Positions 53,347-64,000 of a stretch of 64,000 bases of DNA are shown here, piece by piece. A model generated the notes under the pieces. The model ran no database searches, had not been told where the DNA came from, and saw only the letters and a program-made list of their open reading frames with translations. Origin of the DNA: Octopus sinensis (taxonomy: Eukaryota); assembly GCF_006345805.1 (NCBI RefSeq), contig NC_043015.1, positions 15,624,001-15,688,000 on the forward strand, given 5' to 3'. The translations under genes were made by a program, and so were the position numbers. Numbering within the stretch: position 1 is the first letter of the stretch; each line of letters starts with the position of its first letter.

Positions 53347-56300
53347 ACTTCCAATCTAAAATATCAATATTTTAAAATATAAAAATAATAATTTTAAAAT
53401 AATTAAAGTATGAATGAAAAAATATAAATATATAATCCATATATAACCTATATATAATCCATATATAATCAATATATAAACAATATATAAACTAAAATAA
53501 ACCTATCAACAATTAAATATAAAATATAAAATATAAAATATAAAACAAAACAAAAAAATAATAATAAATAATAATAAAAACTATATATACACCCATACAC
53601 ATATACCTAATATATATAACCATATCTAACTACATACACTAAATCACACACCTATATATATATCCCTATACATACACATAAAAACGTCTAGGCACACTAT
53701 AAAAATAAAATAGCTAAATACTTCAACACAATACTTATTCATACTCCCACACACACACACATACAACCCACATTCACGCTCTAGAAAACGGACATCACTT
53801 AAAATTATGAACGGAGAAATGGAATAAATGGAATTAAAAATTATATTCACTTGGTAAAACGAACACTACTTAAAAATTATGAATGAAACAATGCAATAAA
53901 ACAACAGACATCGCAAATAGACACAAATTACTACGAATTCCTTAAACCTACCATGATAAACCAAAACTCATAAAAACATATAATGATAAAATCTCCCTTT
54001 ACTAAACTCTATAACATACCTATATAGCAATCCCCCCTAACTAAACATTCACACACAAATACACACACGTAAACCACACACCCACGACATATACAAATAC
54101 CCACACCACTTACACATACCTATACATACATATAACCTCAACATATACTCCAAAAACCCACTCAACCCCACACAGACAAATAAACACAAAAATTATGAAT
54201 GGATTCTTTTATAAAACTACCATGATAAGCTAAAACTCACAAAACATAAATGATAAAACCTCCCTTTACTAAACACTATAACATACTTATATAGCAATCC
54301 CTTTAACCCACTCACACCCAGATGGGTGAATTGCACAACCAGGGAACGCACACACACACGTGTGCGTATTTTGATTGTGCAACTCGCCCATATGCATGTA
54401 TGCGGGCGCGATTACATTGTTGCACATATCGAGCCCAAATAGCATGCATATGTACATGTGAGGGGGTACACGCACATGACGTGCGCGTGTACCCCCTGCA
54501 TTTATACCCGTGCGTGAATATACATATGGAGACTACCACACAGGTACAAATGTGTATAGTAATGGGAGCCCCATCACTACACTCAATGTATACTCTCACC
54601 CATCCACACGGATGTGAAAGTGAATCTCCGGTGTATATGTTGAGGCTTATATGTAGCGCTGTGGAGGCGAACGTCGTTGAAATTGTGAATGAAGGGGGGT
54701 GGAGTTGGGAATTGTAACCGGGTGGTGGACTAGCGTTGCTTGGAATTGTGAATGGAATAGTGTAGTAGTAAGGCAGGCATCGAGAATAGATTTGGGTTAC
54801 TGCAAGTTGTTTGTTAGAGCTGCTAAGATGAGCTAAAGCTCATAAATGTATATAATAATTTATCATGGTAGTTTTTTAAAGAATCCATTCATAATAAATT
54901 TTTTTTTTTTTAAGTAGTGTTGGTTTGCCACGTGGATATAGTTTTTAGTTCCATTTATTCTATTTCTCCATTCATAATTTTAAATGACGTTTACTTTCCA
55001 TGGCGCGTATTCTTTTTTTACATAAGTTATATTTCTATGGTAACGTAATTTTGGTTTGATTTTTTTAACGGCTAAGAATTTAATTTCACTTCATAATTTG
55101 AAACTGACTTGTAAGTATGTATTTTATTTCTCCTTATGTCATATTGTTATTTTTGATATTCTGGTTAATTACGATGTATTTAATGTTGTTTTTCATAGGA
55201 GTGTTTATGTATATGAGATTGCGTGTGAGTTTTTAGTTGTATAATTTATTTATCTGTATGAGTGTGGGTGTGTAAATATTGTTGTATATATCGAGTTTAG
55301 TGAGTATGTATATGCGTATATGTGAGGGAGTATATGTATCTGTTGTGTGTGTGTGTTTTGCGTGTGTGTGTGTTTGTGTGTGAATGTGTATATGGGTTTG
55401 TTATTTAGGTTAACAATGAACGGTAAACTTGATCTCGGCAGCATTTGAACTCGTACGTAAAGAGCCAAGAGAAATGTCCCCAAGCACTTTGTCCAGAACG
55501 CTAACGATTCTGCCAGCTTGCTACTGTGCTAAAGTTGTAAATTTGTCTGTGTGGGGAGGGAGTGGGTTTTTGGTGTATATTGAGGTTTATAAGTTAGTAT
55601 AGGTATGTGTATAAGTCGTGGGTCTGTGGTTTACGTGTGTGTATTTGTGTGTGAATGTTTAGGTTAGGGGGATTGCTATATAGGTTTGTTATAGAGTTTA
55701 GCAAAGGGAGTTTTTATCGTTATATGTTTTTAAGAGTTTTGGTTTATCATGGTTTTTTAGGGAAGTTGTGGTAATTTGTATTTTCGATGTTGTTGTTTAT
55801 TACATTGTTTCATTCATAATTTTGAGTGGTGTTCGTTTTGCCACGTGAATATTATTTTTAATTCCATTTATTCCATTTCTCCATTCATTGTTTTAAAAGA
55901 TGTTCGTTTCCAGAGCGGTTATACTTTTTATACATATGTTAAGTTCCTTGGTAAAGTAATTTTGTTTGGTGTATATGTTGAGGCTTATATGTACTTGTGG
56001 GTGTGTGTGAGTGGGGTGCGTGTTTGTATTTGTTATGGGTGTGTGGTTTACGTGTGTGTATTTGTGTGTGAATGTATAGGTTAAAGGGATTGCTATATAA
56101 GTATGTTATAGTGTTTAGTAAAGGGAGGTTTTTTTATTTATGTTTTGTGAGTTTTAGCTTATCATGGTAGTTTTATAAAAGAATCCATTCATAATTTTTG
56201 TGTTTATTTGTCTGTGTGGGGTTGAGTGGGTTTTTGGAGTATATGTTGAGGTTTATATGTATGTATAGGTATGTGTAAGTGGTGTGGGTATTTGTATATG

Positions 56301-57039
56301 TCGTGGGTGTGTGGTTTACGTGTGTGTATTTGTGTGTGAATGTTTAGGTTGGGGGATTGCTATATAGGTATGTTATAGAGTTTAGTAAAGGGAGATTTTA
56401 TCATTATATGTTTTTATGAGTTTTGGTTTATCATGGTAGGTGTTAAGGAATTCGTAGTAATTTGTGTCTATTTGCGATGTCTGTTGTTTTATTGCATTGT
56501 TTCATTCATAATTTTTAAGTAGTGTTCGTTTTACCAAGTGAATATAATTTTTAATTCCATTTATTCCATTTCTCCGTTCATAATTTTAAGTGATGTCCGT
56601 TTTCTAGAGCGTGAATGTGGGTTGTATGTGGTGTGTGTGTGGGAGTATGAATAAGTATTGTGTTGAAGTATTTAGCTATTTTATTTATTTATAGTTGCCT
56701 AGACGTTTTTATGTGTATGTATAGGGATATATATATAGGTGTGTGATTTAGTGTATGTAGTTAGATATGGTTATATATAATTAGGTATATGTGTATGGGT
56801 GTATATATAGTTTATTATTATATTATTATTATTTTTTGCTTTGTTTTATATTTTATATTTTATATTTTATATTTAATTGTTGAGGTTTATTTTAGTTTAT
56901 ATATTGTTTATATATTGATTATATATGGATATATATAGGTTATATATGGATTATATATTTATATTTTTTCATTCATACTTTAATTATTTTAAAATTATTA
57001 TTTTTATATTTTAAAATATTGATATTTTAGATTGGAAGT

Positions 57040-57082
57040 CCACCTGAAGATTGTCGATCAAGACAAGAAACAATTGTAGTGG
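57040..57082 (+). ncRNA. Minimal type I hammerhead motif (right arm)
   Basis: CCAC-CUGAAGA-UUGUC(GAUCAA)GACAA-GAAAC-AAUU-GUA|GUGG. Confidence 0.75.
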
Positions 57083-57272
57083 CGGTTTTTTTAGACTATT
57101 TATTAAAATTTTATGTATTGATTAAGTCTTTCCTTGTTTGTTTTGCAAAATAGTGGTTTTGTCTCTAATAATATTTTATAATATTTTACTATAAAATTGG
57201 ATTTAATCCTAAATCTGATTTTTCCCTGTAAATTTGGATTTATTCCCTAATATTTATTATTATATATATATA

Positions 57273-57304
<32 letters not shown>

Positions 57305-57617
57305 TACATATACACAACACAACATATAATCGTTACCAAAAAGGAATGACGTTATCCTCAGAATGGGAGCATATCCTGAAAGGTTGCAGCTATATATATA
57401 GTATATTATATATATAGATAGATATATCATTATTAATAAATTTCAGGCTAGTAAAAAATTATTTAGAAATTTTTTGCTACCAGTGGTCTAGCGTGAAGAA
57501 AAAAACTAGTCAATAGACTATATATTATTCATATATTGCGCGGTGAATTTGAAAAATTATAACATGTAAGCGCGAGGCATGTTCTGTATTGCCTCGTATT
57601 TATATGTTAATCTTGGC

Positions 57618-57692
57618 TTTCCTGCTGATGATAGCTGCGTCTAGCAAATTATTTTATTTGCTGGATATAGCTCGAAACCATGGTACAGGAAA
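57618..57692 (+). ncRNA. Type I hammerhead motif with extended stem II
   Basis: UUUCCUG-CUGAUGA-(U)AGCU...UCUAGCAAAU/AUUUGCUGGA...AGCU(C)-GAAAC-CAUG-GUA|CAGGAAA; 7-bp stem I; U-C mismatch at the base of stem II. Confidence 0.7.
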
Positions 57693-57938
57693 TAGATGGT
57701 AAATGTTTTTATTTTTCATTCCCTTTCGAAATTACCCCTAATAGTGGTTTGGATTTTAACTATTCCTTCTAGCATGTTAGATGTCTTATTATGGCCATCT
57801 CTTATGTGTTTAAATGTACACTGTATTTATATATATATTATATATAATATATATATATATATATAATATATATATATATTATATATCTTTGTTTTATTTG
57901 AAGAGTTCGGATAAATGAATGAAAGCGCTAATAAAGAA

Positions 57939-58592
57939 TTATTCAAAATTTTGACTGCCTCCTTTTTCGTAATTAGAAAGGTAATCCATTGCCACACCAT
58001 TGCAACAATAACCATCATCTATTTTCAGTAAATTGGTGATATCGACACCAATTTGGGCCATCACTTCATTTGGGACAAGAACAGGATGAAGCTCTCCAAC
58101 ATTAATTTTGTGAACAGGGTTCACTTTTTGACACTGATCTCAAGACAAAATGAACTCTTTCGTGTCGTTGCTCACATTTTTCCAACAAAACCTCTCTAAA
58201 ATGTTATCCCTTGTTCTGTCAACACCGAGATGACTTCCGAAGCAGCGGGCAGTATCCCTATCTCTACATCCCATGTAAATACTTGAAATAATACTCTTCT
58301 GTTTACCCGGGTTGCGAATGACCAAGACTTCTCGGTATTTATTTTCAGAATTTTTAACTCTCTCTACTCTGCAACGATAGTAGAGTTGACCACCCCGTCC
58401 AACATAAGGCTCAGAGAGCCAATGTAGGTTTGCCTTTTCGTTTTTGGACATATGAGGTCCAAATTTGTTGTTAACCACATAATCAAATATCAAATCAATG
58501 TTGTTAGCTTTGCCTTGTGTACTAAAAGTAGCCATTCTGGATATGCTTCTTTTAAATTTCTTCAGCTCTAAATAACTAAGTGAAAACTCCAA
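57939..58592 (-). pseudogene. Gypsy-type integrase fragment, Ginger/GIN-like
   Basis: GSHLGVDRTRDNILERFCW...EFILS*DQCQK (H2C2 Zn finger), then LHPV...QIGVD...VAMDY; no RT/RNase H upstream; truncated at (TA)n. Confidence 0.7.
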
Positions 58593-58874
58593 CTAAATGA
58601 AAGCTCTGACTTTCTCTTTAATTTATATTACTTTCTCTTTCATGTACAATGTACATTACGCATATACACACATAATAAACATCAACACACATTTAATGGG
58701 TTCACCTATTATCTCCCTATTTACAATCACAGTGATAAACATTTGGAGAGGGATCTTAGGTGGGGGTAATTTGAAATCGTATGGGGTATCTTGAATTCGA
58801 TTTCAGATTACCCCCGGCGGTAATCTGAAAGCGATTTGAAGTTATCGGGGGTGGGGGTTAATCTGAATAGGAGG

Positions 58875-58958
58875 TACCTTATTTTAACGTGTATAAGGAA
58901 CCCAATTTTTGTCAAAAATAGGTTAAAGAAAATGGGAGTTTCTTATACATGGATAGTA
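58875..58958. mobile_element. Tiny pogo/Tigger-like MITE remnant
   Basis: Imperfect inverted repeat TGTATAAGGAACCCAATTTT / AAAATGGGAGTTTCTTATACA. Confidence 0.35.
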
Positions 58959-60368
58959 TCATAAACCCTTACAAAACCTTTTTGCTCTAAATTTTAAGGC
59001 GCAAAACACACAAACTTACAAGCACGCACACACACACACACACACATACATATATGACGGGCTTTTTTTTTCAGTTTCCGTCAACTAAATCCACTCACAA
59101 GGCTTTGATCAGCCCGAGACTATAACAGAAGACACTTTCCCAAGGTGCTATGCAGCGGGACCGAACCCGGAACCATGTGGTTGGCAAGCAAACTTCTTAC
59201 CACACAGCCACGCCTGTGCCTAATATGCTGGCAAATTTTTCATGAAAAATATAAAGAGATATTAGAGGAAGAGATGATCTGAAACTTCAAATTTTATCAA
59301 GATAATCGAAATATGTAGCCTCAAAAACGCATCTCTGAAAAATTTCATTAAAAATATGCATTTTTAAGGAAGTTAAGCGTAAATAATGTCGCGTGGGTGA
59401 CACATTCCGGTAGTTTCCATTTCTACTTGCTTTTGTATATGCACTTACCACATACTCATCAATGCATCTTCCTTCTTGCTTTTACTGTCCAATGTGTTTC
59501 ACTAATATCTTTATTCCCACAGGCATGCACCCACTCTCATCTCCTCACGTACACACTTTCACTCTACCCTCTAACAACAATACACATACACGCCAACGCT
59601 TATCCCCACCCAATGCCAGTATACTTCTACAAGTAATCTTTTAATCTTTTGCTTCAGTCAGTAGACTATGGCCATGCTGGGGTACCACGTTCAAATATAG
59701 TCGAACGAATCAACCCTAGTACCTTTTTTTTAAGCCTTGTACTTATTCTATCGTCCTCTTTGTTGAACCGCTAGGTTACGGGGACGTAAACACGCCAACA
59801 CTGGTTGTCAAGCAGTGTGGAGGACAAACACCGACACAAATGCACACACACACACACACACACATACACACACAAATTTAAAAGCACAATAAATGCACAA
59901 ACGAACAGAAAACAGACACAGGGGGTCACCAACTCCTCATCAGTTATGGGCCAGAGGGCCAAACGCAATTCCGCACCTCTAACGATATTATTTTAATTGT
60001 TTCTGTCATTTGACTGCGGCCATGCTAGAGCACCGCCTTAAAGTATTTTCAGTCGAAGAAATCGACCCCAGGACTCATTCTTTGTAAGATTGGTACTTAT
60101 TTTATCAGTCTCTTAGGCCAAACCGTTAAGTTACGGAGAAAAAACACACCAGCGTCAGTTGTCAAGCGATGGCAGGGAACAAGCACAGACACATACACAC
60201 ATAAATACAGATACACACGACGGGTTTCTTTCAGTTTCCGTCTACCAAATCCGCTCACAAGGCTTTGGTCGGCTCGAGGCTATAGTAGAAGACACTAGCC
60301 CAAAGTTCCACGCAGTGAGACTGAACCCGGAACCGTGTGGTTGAGATGCAAACTTCTTACCACACATA

Positions 60369-61572
60369 TCAGGTCATTAAGAATGAAATGTCCGATTTTC
60401 TGATGCACCAAGTTTGGCAGTCGTTAACTCTAATGTTTTATTCTGACAATTCTTTGTTTTACAACATTGAAGAGTTACATTATCACTTTTCGAAATGCAA
60501 TTCATGGTGTCTGATTATATTGTGAGTTTTCTCTTGCAAATCAATTTTTGTGAACCCATGGGTGGATCAAAAATTCGTGCTGTTTATGAATATGAGTTCC
60601 GTCATGGAACCAATGCATCCCAGACAGCTCAAAACCCCAATGAGGTGTTTGGTGAAGATGTGGCGAATGAGCGCACTGTATGTCGATAGTTTGAAAAGTT
60701 CCGGTCTGGTGACTTTACTCGAGAAAAAATCGGTCCCGTGGTAGATAATGATGAGGTGGAAACTATAGTGGAACCAGATACATCTCAAACTACGCGTGAG
60801 TTAGCAGCAAGATTTGTAGTTTCGATTCCAACTGTATTAAACCATCTGAAACAAATCGGCAAGGCAAACAAGCTTGACAAGGTAAAAAAGCTGGACGAGC
60901 ATCAAATAACAAGTCGTCTTAAAAGTTGCTGGTCTTTGCTGTCATGGCATAAAAACGAACCATTTTTGCATCGTATTGTTACGTGTAATGAAAAATGGAT
61001 TCTTTTACCAATAGCAAGCGTTCTGCACTGTGGTTGGATAGAAGCAAAATGCCAAAACACAATCCAAAAAAGAATAGTCACCAAAAAAAGCTAATGGTGT
61101 TTGTTTGGTGCTCCAGCGCTGGTGTCGTCCACTACAGCTTCATGAGACCTGGTAAGTCAATTAAAGCGGATAAAGTTGGATGAAATGATGAGTGAAGTTG
61201 CAATTAAACAATCGAGATTGGTCAATAGAGACAGGCCAATTCTCTTGCAAGACAATGCTCGACCACATGTCGCACAAAGAACTCTACTTAAATTACAGGA
61301 AGTACCCTGTCATCTATCATATTCACTCGACCTTGCACCCACTGACTATCACATTTTCCATGCATTAGACAACTTTTTGCAAGGAAAAACCTTCAAATCA
61401 GAAGAAGATGCAAACAGCCTTTTGTGATTTCCTCACCTCTTGCTCTCCAGAATTCTTCGCTGCTGGCATAAATAAGCTACTGATAAAATGGCAAAATTGT
61501 GTTGATAATTTAGGTGCATACTTTGATTAATTGCATTGCTTTTTGTTGAGATAAAGTAAAATAATGACTTGA
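60369..61572 (+). mobile_element. Mariner transposon, full-length degenerate, TA TSD
   Basis: TA|TCAGGTCATT...AATGACTTGA|TA; IVTCNEKW, LLQDNARPH, DLAPTDYHIF. Confidence 0.92.
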
Positions 61573-63019
61573 TATGTATGTATGTATGTGTGTATGTATG
61601 TACGTACGACGGTCTTCTTTCAGTTTCCGCCTACCAAATCCACTCACGAGGCTTTGGTCGGCCTGAGGTTATAGTAGAAGACACATGCCCAAGGTGTCAT
61701 GTCATGCAGTGGGACTGAACTCAGAACCATAAGGTTGAAAAGCATTACTTCTTACCACATAGCCATGCTTACACATACATATGCCATACTTTAACAAACA
61801 CATACACATATAGACAGATATTATCTGATACACGAGTCGACACTTTCTCCGTTCATAACTATCCCAACGGAACAAGATTGCCGTCTGGTTTCTAATCCTT
61901 CGCCTTCCTCTTATATCTCTCCTCTCACTTCTTTTACTACACAGACTATTTCTCTTTCTCATTCTCCCTTATCATTTTCTCTGTCTTTTCTTCTGATGAA
62001 GCACTGACATCTGAAACGTTAAGGTTCTGTCTTTCTCTACTGAAGCGTTTAACTAATTCCATATTTGTTGAATTGTGATTTTCTTGTACCGATCCTCTTA
62101 ATTCCTATTGTCTTTAAACACAAACATTCACGCATGTACACACAGACACACACAAACAAACAAACGAACGAACAAACACAGGCACGCACACGCAAGCTCA
62201 CACACAGAGGCGTAGACCTGGCGGTGTAGTAAGAAGTTTTTGTTTCCCATCCAAATGGTTTCAGATTCAATCCCACTGCATGGCATCCTGAACATATGTC
62301 TTCTGCTATAATCCCAGACTGGCCTTGTGAGTGGAATTTGTAGACAAAAACTGAAAGCCTGCTATATATATATATATATATATATATACATACATAGCTG
62401 TATGTATATACCCATATACTTGGATGTGCGTATGTAGTGGCATCGTCCGTTTTTCTGTCCTTGTTTCGTATACATTCGATCCTTTTCCCAAGAAATCTAA
62501 TGCTCGTAGCTTAGTTTTTCCTTGGGGCTGGCCGGATCGGAGCGATCTCAAGATTAATCAGCCGAAATTGCGAGGATGATCCGGTTCTTGACTGAAGATT
62601 AAAGGCTTCGAATGTCCCGTCCGTGTTTTTTGTATCGTCTTCTAAATGTTTTACGTTCTTGTCCCAGTTTGTATTTTTCTACATATAATGTGTATATACA
62701 TATATATATATATGTATATGTGCATTTACATATGTATCTGTGTATGTATACGCGCGTCTAAGCATGAACACAAAAAAATTTCGTCTAAGTATCATTCTCC
62801 TTCAACTTCTACATCCTTTTCTTTCTCTTAATAGTTACAACAACGAAGGCTCATTACGCTATTTTTCTAAACTAGAATGTATAAGTTTCACGTTCACATT
62901 TGAATTTTTTGCGTTTCAATTTTTCTCTTCTTTTTACTCATTCTCGAAGTTCATGGACTTATAACGGTACATAAAACCGAATCAGAAAATCTCTAGTAAA
63001 GACTTTTTTTTTTATTGAT

Positions 63020-63061
63020 GTACCCGAAGAGACCCAGAACGGGTCGAAACATGTGTCGTAC
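63020..63061 (+). ncRNA. Minimal hammerhead motif with variant core CCGAAGA
   Basis: GUAC-CCGAAGA-GACCC(AGAAC)GGGUC-GAAAC-AUGU-GUC|GUAC, then AATAAA at 63064. Confidence 0.7.
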
Positions 63062-63267
63062 CTAATAAAACATTTTATTCATTACATCTATTTTATTAAT
63101 ACTATTATCCCAACCGCCACTACGAAGTTCCTGAAAAAAATTTACGGATAACAACTTACACTTGCGTGGCTTAAGCTTTGAGACAAGCATATGACTACTG
63201 TGACAGTGCTTTACTCATCATCTATTTATACATTTTGTATAATTTCTCCATTATCTCTATCTCTCTC

Positions 63268-63299
<32 letters not shown>

Positions 63300-63303
<4 letters not shown>

Positions 63304-63530
63304 CATCATCATCGTTTAACGTCCGCTTTCCATGCTAGCATGGGTTGACGATTTGACTGAGGTCAAGTGAACCAGATGGCTGCACCAGACTCCAGTCTGA
63401 TCTGGCAGAGTTTCTACAGCTGGATGCCCTTCTTAACGCCAACCACTCCGAGTGTGTAGTGGGTGCTTTTATGTGCCACCGGCACGAGGGCCAGTCAGGC
63501 GGTACTGGCAGCGGCCACACTCAAATGGTG
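63300..63530. mobile_element. Interspersed repeat (SINE/LINE-tail-like)
   Basis: CATCATCATCGTTTAACGTCCG...CAGCTGGATGCCCTTC motif; a related CAGCTGGATGCCCTTC fragment lies near 36340-36460. Confidence 0.5.
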
Positions 63531-63607
63531 CTTTTTATGTATGTATGTATGTATGTATGTATGCATGTACGTATGTATGATACATCTATATATATATATA
63601 TATATAT

Positions 63608-63651
<44 letters not shown>

Positions 63652-64000
63652 TACATATATACATACATGTGTATATACATATATATATATACACACATAC
63701 ATACATATACACATGCACATATATATATATATATATATGTATCTACGTATGTATGTATGCATGTGTGCATGTATATATGTAAAACTCTTGGGTCACGTGT
63801 GTCTCAAGTTTTTGGACCAAACATTTCTTGCCAGATCGCTCCCTCGTAGTGTCTCAGAGTTTGATTTTACTTCCAACACCCACTTTCGTTTTAACATTGT
63901 TGACTTTGTATTGTCATTTCTAACAACACACACTCCTGTACATTTGATACGGTCTTACTTAACCTTTTAAAGACAAACACGAACAATATACAGCCTAAAG

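Larger units (their letters stand above)
53213..57176. repeat. 1.1-kb inverted repeat (arms 53213-54308 and 56079-57176) with 1.77-kb spacer; Penelope-like
   Basis: Arms are reverse complements with scattered small indels; strongly strand-asymmetric (AC-rich vs GT-rich); spacer holds decayed extra copies of the sub-unit and a SINE fragment. Confidence 0.92.

Noticed and set aside
59440-59540. Candidate upstream convertase exon (minus-strand GTAAGT donor)
   Set aside because: No open frame resembling the expected catalytic-domain sequence; upstream exons probably lie beyond the window.
61989-62024. Hammerhead-like CTGATGA...GAAACGTT
   Set aside because: Stem II has only 2 bp and the cleavage triplet would be GUU; at best a decayed copy.

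Overview
AT-rich, microsatellite- and transposon-dense animal genomic DNA. The repeat style suggests a coleoid cephalopod such as Octopus (inference from SINE-like repeats and composition, not a database match). One host gene is supported: the last three coding exons of a subtilisin/kexin-type proprotein convertase on the minus strand (52676-52776 with catalytic GTSA, 27880-28098, 25943-27317 with P-domain and a long tail). They are joined by phase-compatible splice sites across a 24.6-kb intron. The rest is mobile DNA: four Helitrons (one full-length, 36769-43736, with intact termini and a lightly damaged Rep/helicase ORF carrying 147-bp tandem repeats), four Tc1/mariner relics, hAT and Ginger-like fragments, R4/Dong-like and other RLE LINE relics, an L1-like ORF1 fragment and many tRNA-derived SINEs. 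The most unexpected signal, invisible in the ORF track, is seven hammerhead-ribozyme-like motifs from about six sequence contexts. Three of them lie in two inverted-repeat elements that share a terminal motif next to (TA)n. One of these is a 1.1-kb inverted repeat with a hammerhead on each arm, lying just upstream of the catalytic-serine exon. All ribozyme calls come from manual folding and are untested.
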